Positions 32,639 to 42,782 of a stretch of 64,000 nucleotides of DNA are shown in pieces; position 1 is the first letter of the stretch, and every line of letters begins with the position of its first letter. The stretch comes from Deltaproteobacteria bacterium (lineage in GTDB: Bacteria > Myxococcota > Kuafuiibacteriia > Kuafuiibacteriales > Kuafuiibacteriaceae). The DNA lies in assembly GCA_040218735.1 (NCBI GenBank), contig JAVJQW010000050.1, positions 64,001 to 128,000 of the forward strand, given 5' to 3'. The translations under genes and the position numbers were made by a program. Below the pieces are notes generated by a model, which saw only the letters and a list, made by a program, of their open reading frames with translations, was not told where the DNA came from and did no database searches.

Positions 32639-33775
32639 ATGATCCTCGTCGTCGCGTTCGTCCTGCACTGCCTCATCGCGTATCGGCTCACCCGATTCGC
32701 GCGGCCGCGCTGGTTCCGCGTCGCCCTCCCCGTCGCGCTGACCGTCCTGTACGTGCTGACGGCGCTCCTCCCGCTGTCGTGGCGCTTCCCGCTCGACTTC
32801 ATCCCGAAGGGCGCGTGGCCCGCGCTGCGCTACGCGTCGTTCATCTCGATGGGCCTGTACTCGTTCGTCTTCACGCTGTTCGTGATCCGCGAGGTCTCCT
32901 GGCTCCTCGCGCGGCGCGCGGCCCCCGCCGACCCGGAGCGACGCCGCGTCCTCCAACACGCGCTCAACCTCGGCGTCCTGGGCGGCGCCGCGACGGCGAC
33001 CGCGATCGGCTACCGCGAAGCACGGCAACGCGCGAAGGTGCTCCCGGTCGAGGTCCCGATCGCCGGCCTCGATCCGCGACTGGATGGCTTCACGATCGTG
33101 CAGCTCTCCGACGTCCACGTCGGCCACACGATCGGCCGCGACTACGTGCAGGCGATCGTCGACGGCGTGAACGAGCTCGACGCCGACCTCGTCGCGATCA
33201 CCGGCGACCTGATCGACGGCTCCGTCCCCGACCTCGCGCCGCACGTCGCCCCGCTCGGCGAGCTGCGCTCACGTCACGGCACGTTCTTCTGCACCGGCAA
33301 CCACGAGTACTACGCAGGCGCGCTCGAGTGGATCGCGGCGCTGAAGGGCCTCGGCATCCGCACCCTCGTCAACGAACACGTCGTCCTCGAAAAGGGCGGC
33401 GCCCCGCTCGCGCTCGGCGGCGTCGGCGACCACACGATGGGCCGCTACCTCGGCCACGAGCCACGCCCGAAGGACGCCTTCGCCGGCGCCCCCGAAGGCG
33501 CCCCGCGCATCCTCCTCGCGCACCAACCTCGCACCGCGTTCCTCGCCGCGAAGGCGGGCGTCGACCTCCAGCTCTCCGGACACACCCACGGCGGCCAGTT
33601 CTTCCCGTGGAACCTCGTCGTGTACTTCGTGCACCCCTTCGTGGCGGGCCTGGAGCGCGTGACGGAGCGGATGTGGATCTACGTGAGCCGGGGGACGGGG
33701 TACTTCGGGCCGCCGGTGCGGATGGGGGCCGATGCGGAGATCACCAGGATTACACTCAGAAGATCACAGCACTGA
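32639..33775 (+). CDS. Membrane-anchored calcineurin-like metallophosphoesterase (YkuE-like)
   Basis: SDVH, TGDLID, GNHE, LAHQP, SGHTHGGQ. Confidence 0.92.
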   Translation: MILVVAFVLHCLIAYRLTRFARPRWFRVALPVALTVLYVLTALLPLSWRFPLDFIPKGAWPALRYASFISMGLYSFVFTLFVIREVSWLLARRAAPADPERRRVLQHALNLGVLGGAATATAIGYREARQRAKVLPVEVPIAGLDPRLDGFTIVQLSDVHVGHTIGRDYVQAIVDGVNELDADLVAITGDLIDGSVPDLAPHVAPLGELRSRHGTFFCTGNHEYYAGALEWIAALKGLGIRTLVNEHVVLEKGGAPLALGGVGDHTMGRYLGHEPRPKDAFAGAPEGAPRILLAHQPRTAFLAAKAGVDLQLSGHTHGGQFFPWNLVVYFVHPFVAGLERVTERMWIYVSRGTGYFGPPVRMGADAEITRITLRRSQH

Positions 33776-33793
33776 CGATAGCCGTGTTGCCCT

Positions 33794-33964
33794 CCCTTGA
33801 ACTTGAACTTGCCCATGCCCTTGCCCTCCGTCTCAGCGCGCGCCTCACCCAGACGGTGGAATCGAAGATCGAAGTTCGACCTCACCCTTGCCCTGAATCT
33901 TCGCCGCTGAGGGCAAGGGCAAGGGCAAGGGCAAGGGCAAGGGGAGCTGGCTGACTTCGTCAGC
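33794..33964. repeat. Foldback element with hexamer-repeat arms and terminal GCTGACTTCGTCAGC hairpin
   Basis: Left arm 33794-33827 is nearly identical to the arms at 22226/22384; right arm (GGGCAA)x5 at about 33910-33944; hairpin at 33950-33964. Confidence 0.88.
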
Positions 33965-36900
33965 CGCTCACGGGCGCAATCGTACTATGCCTCCGCCTCG
34001 CCTTGTTCCCCGCCGTGTTCCCCGTCAGCTCCACCAGCTCCCTCAGCCTTCGCGCCAGCGTCGAGAACAACCCGTTCACGACGCCCGGCCTATCCGCGAT
34101 CAGATCCAGGAACGGGTCGCGCTGCAGCACCAGGTAGTCGACGCCCTCGTCACCGGCCTCCGCCGTCACGGGGCGCGGCCCGCTGTCGAGGATCGACACC
34201 TGCCCGAACGAGTCCCCGGCGTACAGGTCCATCAGTGGCTCGTCGCCGCGGTACAGGTGCACCTCGCCCGACGCGATGATGTACATCGAGTCGCCGGGGT
34301 CGCCCTCGCGGTAGACGACCTCGCGCGGGGACGCGTGCCCCTCGGTCGTGAGCGCGGCGACCGCGGCGAGGTCGTCGACGGAGAGGCCGTGGAAGAGCTG
34401 GACGCCCTCCAGGACGAACACACGGTCGATGATGGCCTTGGGCATGAGCGGTTCTCCTTGTGTGGGCTCGCGGACCTCGGGGGGCTCCTCGCCCTCCCGC
34501 TTCAGCGTCTCCCACGCGATCATCGCGATCTGGATGTCGCGACCCTCCACCAGCGTGTACGCGCGGTGGCGCGCCTGATTTCCGACGGCGCTCGGCAGCG
34601 CCTTCTCCAAACACTCGAGCACCTCTTGGCGGAGCTCGTGGCCCGCGAGCGTCACGTCGACGAGCTCCACGGAGTCGGCGTAGCTCCCCTCCACGAACCC
34701 GCGGTAGGCGTTGTCCATCGCCTCCGGGTCCGTGACGAGGCCGAGCACCCGTAGCGCGTCCTCGAGGTTCTGCGTGACACGATCTTCCACCGCGCGCGTG
34801 AGCAGGCGGTACGGTGGCCCGCCCGCCGCGAGGTCCAACGCGATCGGCTGGTAGTGCGCGTAAGCGCGCAGGCGCCGCATCGCGGCCTCCTCGATGCGCT
34901 TCGGGTCGAAGGCGATGCTGCGGTCGTGACGACGCAAGCGGCTCGTCTGCTCGATGATGACGTGCCTCAGGTACGCATCGTCGTTCACGTTCGAATAGAG
35001 CATCGCGTTCGCGGAGTTCTGCGTGCCGATGCGCCGCAGGATCCGCGGCAGGTGCACGCGCAGCTCCAACGGCTGACGACGGTCGTCGAGCGCGCCACGC
35101 ACCAGCGGCACCACCGAGTCCCCGTACGCGGCGAGCGAGTCGATGACCTGCCGCCGCGCCGGTCGATCGAACAAGCGGTAGAGCAACTTCGGCGGCAGGC
35201 TCGGGTCCTGCGCGAGCGCCGCCGCTTCGACGGCGGCGATGCGCACCGTGGGATCCGGATCGTCGAGGAACGTCGCCAACCGCCTCGCGTACGGCCCCGG
35301 CCCGAGGTGGCCGATCATCCGCGCGAGCTCGCGGCGCTCCTCCACCGGGCCACGACGCCCGTGGCTGAAGAGCTCCGCGAGCGCCCCCTCGGCGATGCGC
35401 CGCTCGCCCGCGTCGTCCGACGACAACAGCGCGCTGATCGCCGCGCACGACAGACCGAGATCGTGCTCCCCCTCCGGCGCCTCCAACACCCCGATCAACG
35501 CGCGCCGCGCCGCGACGGGATCGACGTGCTCCAGCGCGCGCGCGGCCTGCGCCGTCGGGCGAACGCCGTCGCTCGCGAGGACTCGCTCCAGCAGGGGCAC
35601 GTGCGCCGGGTCGGGGCGCTCGTCCATGATCTCGATCGTCCGCACGCGCACGTGTTCGCTCGCGTGCGCGAGCAGACGCTCGTAGAACGGCGACAGATCG
35701 ATGTCGGGGTGCCGGGCGAGCACGTTCAGCGCCGCGATGACCTTGCCGGGATCCGGGTCGTCGAGCGTGGCGATCAGCTTGGCGCGCGTGCTCTTGTCAC
35801 TCGCGTCGATCGTCACCGCCATCGCACCCGCGCGCCTGCCGATCTTCTCCTCGAGCGCGCGCAGGTACCCGCCGCGCAGCGAGTTGAGCCACAGCAGGAT
35901 GAGCACGGAGAACGCGATGACGATACCGAGCAGTAGACCGCGATCGATCCCCGCCCCGAACACCAACAGCACGATGCCGCCGACCGCCCCACCCATCTTC
36001 TTGATGGCGCCGTCGACCAGCGCGCGCACCGAGTCGCGCATCGCCGTGGGCATCGGGTTGTAGAGCAGCTGCAGCCCGGGCTGGTTGAGCGACAGGCTGC
36101 CCATCATCTCGATCGTCTTCAGCGCGAAGATCGGCAGGAACACCGTGGGCACCGCGATCGCCCACGACCCCGCGGCGAGGCAGAGGATCGGCACGACGGA
36201 GAGGAAGACGAACACCCCGAGGCGCCGCAGCAGCCGCCCCGTCACGAGCACCTGAAAGAGGATCGCACCGACACCGACCACGGCGTTCAGCACACCGAAC
36301 AGCCCCGCGAGCGAGGCTTCGTCGCCGCTCTCCGCGAGCACGGCGCCCGTCCGGAAGACGTAGTCCACCGCGGCGGTCTGCACCGCGAGCAACAGCACCA
36401 GCAGCGCGACGCCGCGCGGGAATCGGTCGCGCGCGGCGTAGGTGAGGCCCTCCGAGAACGAGATCTTCTTGCGGCGAATCGCACGCGCGCCGACCTCCTT
36501 GCCGAGCAGCGGGCGAATCGTCATCAGCGTGGCGGCGCCGAAGAAACACCAGACGACGCTGGGCATCACGTCGACGAGGCCGCGCACCATCAGGCCGCCG
36601 AGCACCGCGCCCGCCATCCCGGCCGCGGCGATCGCGCCGAAGACCCGCTTCGCGCTGCGGACGTCGAAGACCTCGCCGAGGCGCGCCCAGAACAAGACCG
36701 ACAGCGCCGTCGCGTAGACCTCGCCGACCACGTAGAGCACCCCCAGCGCCGGACGGAAGTCGATCGCGGCGAGTACGGAGAGCACGCCGAGGATCACCGC
36801 GGTGATGAGGATCGCCGCGCGGAGCACCGGCTTCGACGGCATCTCCACGAGGCGTTTGCCGAGGTAGATCGTGACGAGCGTGATCGCGACCGCCGTCGAC

Positions 36901-37094
36901 AGGTAGAGGTACGGCAGGTGGGACGCGTCCTCGCGCGCGAGGTACAGCGCGTTGGTCGCGCTCTTCACGGTCGTCACGCCCGCGACGAACACGAAGTAGA
37001 ACATCCCGGCGCGGATCATCGAACGCGCGCGCACCCCCGACACCGCGTACACCCGCGCCAGGTGCGCGATCATCGGCGAGTGGGCCGGGTCCAT
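33960..37094 (-). CDS. Npt/TLC-like MFS transporter fused to HEAT repeats and a cyclic-nucleotide-binding domain
   Basis: About 12 TM N-terminus (FWARLGEVFDVRSAKRVFG), HEAT repeats (LDDPDPTVRIAAVEA), cNMP domain (REGDPGDSMYII..GDSFGQVSILDSGPRPVTA). Confidence 0.85.
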   Translation of the reverse strand: MDPAHSPMIAHLARVYAVSGVRARSMIRAGMFYFVFVAGVTTVKSATNALYLAREDASHLPYLYLSTAVAITLVTIYLGKRLVEMPSKPVLRAAILITAVILGVLSVLAAIDFRPALGVLYVVGEVYATALSVLFWARLGEVFDVRSAKRVFGAIAAAGMAGAVLGGLMVRGLVDVMPSVVWCFFGAATLMTIRPLLGKEVGARAIRRKKISFSEGLTYAARDRFPRGVALLVLLLAVQTAAVDYVFRTGAVLAESGDEASLAGLFGVLNAVVGVGAILFQVLVTGRLLRRLGVFVFLSVVPILCLAAGSWAIAVPTVFLPIFALKTIEMMGSLSLNQPGLQLLYNPMPTAMRDSVRALVDGAIKKMGGAVGGIVLLVFGAGIDRGLLLGIVIAFSVLILLWLNSLRGGYLRALEEKIGRRAGAMAVTIDASDKSTRAKLIATLDDPDPGKVIAALNVLARHPDIDLSPFYERLLAHASEHVRVRTIEIMDERPDPAHVPLLERVLASDGVRPTAQAARALEHVDPVAARRALIGVLEAPEGEHDLGLSCAAISALLSSDDAGERRIAEGALAELFSHGRRGPVEERRELARMIGHLGPGPYARRLATFLDDPDPTVRIAAVEAAALAQDPSLPPKLLYRLFDRPARRQVIDSLAAYGDSVVPLVRGALDDRRQPLELRVHLPRILRRIGTQNSANAMLYSNVNDDAYLRHVIIEQTSRLRRHDRSIAFDPKRIEEAAMRRLRAYAHYQPIALDLAAGGPPYRLLTRAVEDRVTQNLEDALRVLGLVTDPEAMDNAYRGFVEGSYADSVELVDVTLAGHELRQEVLECLEKALPSAVGNQARHRAYTLVEGRDIQIAMIAWETLKREGEEPPEVREPTQGEPLMPKAIIDRVFVLEGVQLFHGLSVDDLAAVAALTTEGHASPREVVYREGDPGDSMYIIASGEVHLYRGDEPLMDLYAGDSFGQVSILDSGPRPVTAEAGDEGVDYLVLQRDPFLDLIADRPGVVNGLFSTLARRLRELVELTGNTAGNKARRRHSTIAPVSG

Positions 37095-37101
37095 CACTTC
37101 G

Positions 37102-38691
37102 TCAGGCTCCGATGACCTGGGGGCGCCAACGCCTGCGCAACGTCGGCGCCGGCACGAGCCGCTCGAATCCACTGAAACGAACGCGCTCGGAAGTGGGTTT
37201 CAGCGCCTTCTTCCACGCGGCGAGCGTCGCCCCGGCGTCGGTCGCCGCGACGGCCGCGGCGGCGTGCTGGAAGCCCCCCTGCGCGAGGCGGTACTCCACG
37301 TACGCTTCACGCGCGCCGGGCCCGCGGAGCGTCACACGCGTGCCGACGAACGCGCGCTCGAGCTTCGAGAGGATCCGCCGGATCTGGGCTTCACCGGCGA
37401 ACGGGGCATCAGCGAGCGGCGTGTGGAACTTCGGAACGAACGGCGACACACCGAGCACCACCGGGAGTGTCTTCGCGAGAGACTTCGCGAAGCGCACGAG
37501 CTCTTGCCGATCCTCGTCCGTCTCCCCCGGGAGGCCGACGATCACGTAGAGCTTGAGGTGCCGCATGCCGTGTTGCTTCGCGAGCGCGGCGGCGTTCTCG
37601 ACGTGGCGATCCTTCAGATTCTTTTCGATGGAATCTCTGAGCCGCGTGCTGGCAGCGTCGAGCGCGACGGTCATCGACCGGTACCCGCCGCGGTGGAGCA
37701 GCCCGACGAAGGTGTCGTCGAGCCGGTCCGCGCGCAAGCTGGAGATGCCGATGCGGAGGCCCCGCTCGTCGACGAGGCGCCCGAGGATCTCCTTGATGCC
37801 CGGGTGGTCCGTCACCGCCGCACCGACGAGCCCGACACGTTCGGCGTCTTCGGGCACGAGACGATCCACGACGTCGGGCGGGACGAGCCGCATCCCTCCG
37901 TTCGTGGAGCGACGCATCACACAGAACGTGCACCCGCGGTGACAGCCGCGCTCCGGCTCGATGAGCACCATGTTCGACAGCTCGGTGTTCGCGGTGCGGA
38001 GCGTCGACACCGCGGGCAGCAAGTCATCCGGCGCTTGCGCGATCGGCGGGAGCGTCTCGCCGTGCACCGAGGGGACGAAGAACCCCGGCTCGTCCGCGAG
38101 CTGCTCGAGCATCGCGCGGCGCGCCGCGGCGTCTCCGCGCGCGGCCTCGGGGCGCTCTTCGAGCCGCGAGAGCAGCAGCGGCCAGGCGGCTTCGGCCTCG
38201 CCGAGGATCAGGACGTCCGCGAACGGTGCAGAAGGGAGCGGGTTGGAGAAGGTGATCGGCCCGCCGAGCACGACGAGCGGGTCGGCCGGATCGCGGTCCG
38301 CCGCGAGGGGCGCGTAGCCCGCGAGGCGAAGGACGCGCACGACCCCCGCGAGCTCGAGCTCGTACGCCTGCGAGATCGCGATGACGTGGGCCTCACCGGC
38401 CGGCTGCTGTCGCTCGACGGTGAGCAACGGCGTGTGGGTGTGTGCGTAGACCTCCAGCTCGTCGGGTGTGGGGAGGAACGCTCGGTCGCACCGCGTCAAA
38501 GGGCGCGCGTTGGCGAGCCGGTGCACCTGCAGAAAGCCGAGGCTCGACATCCCGACGTGGTACGGGCTCGGATACGCGAGCACGACGGACAGCGGCGCCT
38601 CCGCGCGCTTCGTCGCCAAACCGCGCTCCGCGTCGCGCAGCGCGGCGAGGCCGCGCATGAGATCGAAGTCCAAGGGATCCCCAGCCTGCAC
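37102..38691 (-). CDS. Radical SAM protein with N-terminal B12-binding-like region
   Basis: YPSPYHVGMSSLG, ERGCHRGCTFC, ISSLRAD, KLYVIVGLPGE, PFVPKFHTP. Confidence 0.88.
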   Translation of the reverse strand: MQAGDPLDFDLMRGLAALRDAERGLATKRAEAPLSVVLAYPSPYHVGMSSLGFLQVHRLANARPLTRCDRAFLPTPDELEVYAHTHTPLLTVERQQPAGEAHVIAISQAYELELAGVVRVLRLAGYAPLAADRDPADPLVVLGGPITFSNPLPSAPFADVLILGEAEAAWPLLLSRLEERPEAARGDAAARRAMLEQLADEPGFFVPSVHGETLPPIAQAPDDLLPAVSTLRTANTELSNMVLIEPERGCHRGCTFCVMRRSTNGGMRLVPPDVVDRLVPEDAERVGLVGAAVTDHPGIKEILGRLVDERGLRIGISSLRADRLDDTFVGLLHRGGYRSMTVALDAASTRLRDSIEKNLKDRHVENAAALAKQHGMRHLKLYVIVGLPGETDEDRQELVRFAKSLAKTLPVVLGVSPFVPKFHTPLADAPFAGEAQIRRILSKLERAFVGTRVTLRGPGAREAYVEYRLAQGGFQHAAAAVAATDAGATLAAWKKALKPTSERVRFSGFERLVPAPTLRRRWRPQVIGA

Positions 38692-38759
38692 GGTTAGTCA
38701 CACGTTGGACACAAATCAACGTTCTCACGGCCTATGCAGGGGGTATACTCCACGGCCCC

Positions 38760-39893
38760 GTGAGCGCGCGGTTCGGACATATCTTCCGGTGGGACCTCGA
38801 CAAGACCTACCTGAAGACCGAGTTCGAGACGATCCGCGACCTGGTCCGCACCGCCCGCCTCTCCGCCGAGGAGCGCGAGAACATCCCGGGCTCCGCGGCG
38901 CTCATCCGGGCGATGCGCGACCTCGCCCCCGCGGACGCCAAACACCGCGTCTTCTTCATCTCCGGCTCCCCCGAGCAGCTCCGCACGGTGATCGAGAAGA
39001 AGTTCGCGCTCGACGGCTTCGTCCCGGACGGCTTCGTCCTCAAACCCACCGTGCAGAACATCCTGCGCGGGCGCTTCCGCGCCGTCCGCGGGCAGGTCGG
39101 CTACAAGCTGTTGATGCTCCTCGCGGGGCGCGGCGATGCCCCGATCGGATCGAAGGAGACCCTCTTCGGCGACGACGCCGAGAGTGACGCGTACATCTAC
39201 TCGCTGTACTCGGACGTCATCGCCGGGAAGGTACCCGCCCCCGAGCTGGAGAAGATCCTCAAGGCGACCGGCTGTTACTCCGCGCAGATCAAGGAGATCC
39301 AAGAAGCGCTGGAAGCCATCGTCCGCGAGGACCCCGTGCAGCGGATCATCATCCACCTCGACCAGCGAACGCCGCCGATCGCGTTCTCGCCGTTCTTCCC
39401 GCGTGTCGTGCCGATCTACAACCACGTGCAGACCGCGATCGTGCTGTGCCTCGACGAGACCCTCCCGGTCGCCGCGGTGCGCACGGTGTCGCGCGACCTC
39501 ATCGCGCACTACGGCTTCGACGAGCAGCGCATCGCCAACCTCGCGGAGGACATCCTCCGGCGCCGCCGCACGTACCTCGGCGCGGCGACCCTCGACACCT
39601 TCGCGACGGCGGTCCGCGAGCTGCCGGAGTACCCGCCGCGCGAGGACGAGGCCGAAGAGGCGCTCGACGCCCGCGTCAACGAGCTCATGGAGCAGGTCGC
39701 CGCCCGCGCCGACTACCTCGGCGCGCGCCCGTTGACCGAAGACCTCACGCCGCTCGCGCCCCGGAGCGACTACCTGGAGTTGTGGGCGCTCGAACAGGAG
39801 CGCCGCGAGGAAGCGAAGCGCGCGAAGAAGCTCGCGGCGAAGATCTCCCGCGACGAAGAGCGCGCCGCGGCCGCCGCGAAGACCGAGTCCTGA
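38760..39893 (+). CDS. HAD-like phosphatase-domain protein (App1/DUF2183-like)
   Basis: WDLDKTY, FISGSP, GYKL, LFGDDAESD. Confidence 0.75.
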   Translation: MSARFGHIFRWDLDKTYLKTEFETIRDLVRTARLSAEERENIPGSAALIRAMRDLAPADAKHRVFFISGSPEQLRTVIEKKFALDGFVPDGFVLKPTVQNILRGRFRAVRGQVGYKLLMLLAGRGDAPIGSKETLFGDDAESDAYIYSLYSDVIAGKVPAPELEKILKATGCYSAQIKEIQEALEAIVREDPVQRIIIHLDQRTPPIAFSPFFPRVVPIYNHVQTAIVLCLDETLPVAAVRTVSRDLIAHYGFDEQRIANLAEDILRRRRTYLGAATLDTFATAVRELPEYPPREDEAEEALDARVNELMEQVAARADYLGARPLTEDLTPLAPRSDYLELWALEQERREEAKRAKKLAAKISRDEERAAAAAKTES

Positions 39894-39928
39894 TCACCAA
39901 CCTCGGTCGCTCGGTTGTAGGCGTCGGC

Positions 39929-40384
39929 GTGCGGCGCCTCTGGTTCATCGTCCTACCCCTCATCGTCGCGTGCGGCGGTCGCTTCGGTGACGAGTGCTCC
40001 GCGCCACCGCCGGATCCCGGCGACCCCTCGGTCGTGGCGACGATCGAAGGCGTGGGTTACCGGTCCACGGACATCATCACGTGCGAGAACGGCGATCAGG
40101 CGGTCCTCCTCACCGGCACCGGGACGATCACGCCGCCCGAGAGCTGGCTGTTCGACACCCGCGACGACCTCGCGATGAGCCGCGTCCACCTGACGCAGGT
40201 CGGCCGCGGCGAGCCCTGCGACGCGGCGGCGGAGGGCTGGTACGTCGAAGCCGAGACGTGGGCCGCGACGGCTTACGTCGTGGAGCTGCTGGGTCCGCGC
40301 ATCGCGAACGAACGCCTTGATCTGACCGTCGCGATCTACGCGCGGGGGCGGTTGGAGTTCTGTCCGGACCAGCAGGGGCGCTGA
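39929..40384 (+). CDS. Hypothetical lipoprotein
   Basis: MRRLWFIVLPLIVA-C lipobox; stop lies inside the repeat hairpin. Confidence 0.7.
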   Translation: MRRLWFIVLPLIVACGGRFGDECSAPPPDPGDPSVVATIEGVGYRSTDIITCENGDQAVLLTGTGTITPPESWLFDTRDDLAMSRVHLTQVGRGEPCDAAAEGWYVEAETWAATAYVVELLGPRIANERLDLTVAIYARGRLEFCPDQQGR

Positions 40385-40610
40385 CGAAGTCAGCCCCTGC
40401 CCCTTGCCCGAGCCCTCGCCCCAGCCCCTGCCCTCGATGCAGGGAAAGGGCTCCTGACTCATCCGTCACGCGCCATGCGCTATGACCATCCCTTGCCCGA
40501 TACGGATCGTTGCCCTGGTTCACCCGCACCGCCATGACTTCGGACGTGCATGGAGGGCACGGGCTGGGGCGAGGGCTCGGGCAAGGGGCAGACCGGCTGA
40601 CTTCGTCAGC
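40380..40610. repeat. Foldback element with about 62-bp inverted arms capped by GCTGACGAAGTCAGC hairpins
   Basis: 40380-40441 and 40547-40610 are near-perfect reverse complements built from degenerate CTTGCC-like hexamers; 105-nt spacer. Confidence 0.92.
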
Positions 40611-40615
40611 GTCTG

Positions 40616-40930
40616 CTAACCGTGGAGGTCCTGCAACTCATCCACGTTGACGGAGTTTCGCGCGCGGAACACCGCGATGATGATCGCGAGGCCCACCGCG
40701 ACTTCCGCGGCGGCGACCGCCATCACCAAGAACACGTAGATGTGCCCGGCGGCGTCGCCGTGGTGGCGCGCGAAGGTGACCAGGGCGAGGTTCGCGGCGT
40801 TGAGCATCAGCTCGATGCACATGAACACCACGATGGCGTTGCGGCGGATCAGGACCCCCGCGGCGCCGATCGAGAACAGGATCACCGACAGGTAGAGGTA
40901 GTGTTCGACCGGGATCGTCGGGGTGATCAT
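40616..40930 (-). CDS. nuoK: NADH-quinone oxidoreductase subunit K
   Basis: [33 protein letters not shown]. Confidence 0.96.
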   Translation of the reverse strand: MITPTIPVEHYLYLSVILFSIGAAGVLIRRNAIVVFMCIELMLNAANLALVTFARHHGDAAGHIYVFLVMAVAAAEVAVGLAIIIAVFRARNSVNVDELQDLHG

Positions 40931-41445
40931 GACGCCTTCCTCTTCTTCGTCACCACCACCGCGCCCACGATGCCCGCCAGCAGCAGGATGCTCGTGATCT
41001 CGAAGTGGAAGAGGAAGTTGTCGAAGAACTCGTGGCCGATGCTCTGCACCGACCCGAAGCCTTCCGGCAGCTCCGCGGAGCCGGCGAGCGGCGCCGAGCG
41101 GATCGCCGAGACCAACGCGTAGGCCACGACGAGCACCGAACCGAGCTTCACCGGGAGCGCCACGCGCGCCGCCAACGTCGGCCGCACCACGGGGGCGTCC
41201 TTGTTCTCCACCAACATGATGACGAAGACGAACAGCACCATGATGGCGCCCGCGTAGACGAGCACCTCCAGCACCGCGATGAGCTCCGCGCTCTGCAGCA
41301 AGAACAGACACGCGAGGCAGAAGAACGACACGATGAGCGACATCGCCGACTTCACCGGATCGGAGAGCGACACCACGAGGATCGCCGACACGATCGACAC
41401 GACCGAGAACAGCGCGAACAGGAAGATTTCAGGTGTGAGTCCCAA
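40927..41445 (-). CDS. nuoJ: NADH-quinone oxidoreductase subunit J
   Basis: [34 protein letters not shown]. Confidence 0.95.
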   Translation of the reverse strand: MGLTPEIFLFALFSVVSIVSAILVVSLSDPVKSAMSLIVSFFCLACLFLLQSAELIAVLEVLVYAGAIMVLFVFVIMLVENKDAPVVRPTLAARVALPVKLGSVLVVAYALVSAIRSAPLAGSAELPEGFGSVQSIGHEFFDNFLFHFEITSILLLAGIVGAVVVTKKRKAS

Positions 41446-41454
41446 GTTCGCCCC

Positions 41455-42780
41455 CTACGCCACCACGCCCGACATCGCGACGGCGCGCACCTCGATCGGC
41501 CCGTGCGGACAACGCCCGAGGCGGACGTGCTCGATGAACTCGTCGCGGAACTTCTTCAGGTAGCTGCGCGCCGGCCAGGCCAACGCCTCGCCGAAGGCGC
41601 AGATCGTGTGGCCCTCGATCTTCGACGCGATCGACTCGATCCGATCCACATCCGCGTCCGTCGCCTGCCCGGCTTCGATGCGCGTCAGGATCTTGAACAG
41701 CCAGTCACCACCCTCGCGGCACGGCGTGCACTGCCCGCACGACTCGTGCGCGTAGAACCGCTCGACCCGCTTCAGCAGCCGCACGATGCACGTGCCCTCT
41801 TCGATCACCGTCGGACAGCCGGTGCCCATCAGGCTGCCGACCGTCTTCATCGCGTCGAAGTCGTAGCCGACGTCGATCTCGTGGGGCAGAAGAATCGGAC
41901 ACGAAGACCCGCCCGGGATGACCGCCTTCAAGGGCCGCTCGGGGTTCCGCATCCCGCCCGCGAGGTCGTAGATGACCTGCTTGAGCGTCAGGCCCCCCGG
42001 CACCTCGTAGACCCCCGGCTTCGCGACGTGGCCGGAGACACCGACCAACTTCGTTCCGCCCTCGGCATCGGTGTACGAGAGGCTCTTCCACCAGTCGGCG
42101 CCCTTCGCGACGATCGGCCCCACCGCCGAGAGCGTCTCCACGTTGTTCACCACCGTCGGGCACGCAAACGCCCCCTCGACCGCGGGGAACGGCGGCTTCA
42201 AACGCGGCTGACCCTTGCGCCCCTCGAGCGACTCGAGCAGCGCGGTCTCCTCGCCACAGATGTACGCGCCGGCGCCGCGGTGCAGGTAGATGTCGAGCGG
42301 GTAGCCCGTGCCGAGCACCGACTTGCCGAGCACACCCTTCGCGTACGCTTCGTCGAGCGCCGCCTGCATCCGCGTGGCCGCGAGCCCGAACTCACCGCGC
42401 ACGTAGATGTACGCGGTGTTCGCGCCGATCGCCTTGCACGTGATCGCGGTGCCCTCGATCAGCTGATGGGGATCGCGCTCCATGATGTAGCGATCCTTGA
42501 ACGTCCCCGGCTCCGACTCGTCCGCGTTGACCGCGACGTACTTCGGCTTGGGGCTGTCCTTCGGCACGAACGACCACTTGCGACCGGCCGGGAAACCGGC
42601 GCCGCCGCGACCACGGAGCTTGGCGTCGATCACCAGCTGGATGATGTCCGCCGGCTCCATCGCGAGCGCCTTCTTCAGCGCGTCGTAGCCGCCGTTGCTC
42701 GTGAAGACGTCGTAGGTGTGGCTGTTCGGCTTGTCCCAGTTCTTGGAGAAGACGCGCTCGGCTGGCTCTACGTTCACCAT
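41455..42780 (-). CDS. nuoF: NADH-quinone oxidoreductase subunit F
   Basis: LRGRGGAGFPAG, NADESEPGTFKDR, GAYICGEETAL, ESCGQCTPCREG. Confidence 0.97.
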   Translation of the reverse strand: MVNVEPAERVFSKNWDKPNSHTYDVFTSNGGYDALKKALAMEPADIIQLVIDAKLRGRGGAGFPAGRKWSFVPKDSPKPKYVAVNADESEPGTFKDRYIMERDPHQLIEGTAITCKAIGANTAYIYVRGEFGLAATRMQAALDEAYAKGVLGKSVLGTGYPLDIYLHRGAGAYICGEETALLESLEGRKGQPRLKPPFPAVEGAFACPTVVNNVETLSAVGPIVAKGADWWKSLSYTDAEGGTKLVGVSGHVAKPGVYEVPGGLTLKQVIYDLAGGMRNPERPLKAVIPGGSSCPILLPHEIDVGYDFDAMKTVGSLMGTGCPTVIEEGTCIVRLLKRVERFYAHESCGQCTPCREGGDWLFKILTRIEAGQATDADVDRIESIASKIEGHTICAFGEALAWPARSYLKKFRDEFIEHVRLGRCPHGPIEVRAVAMSGVVA

Positions 42781-42782
42781 CG

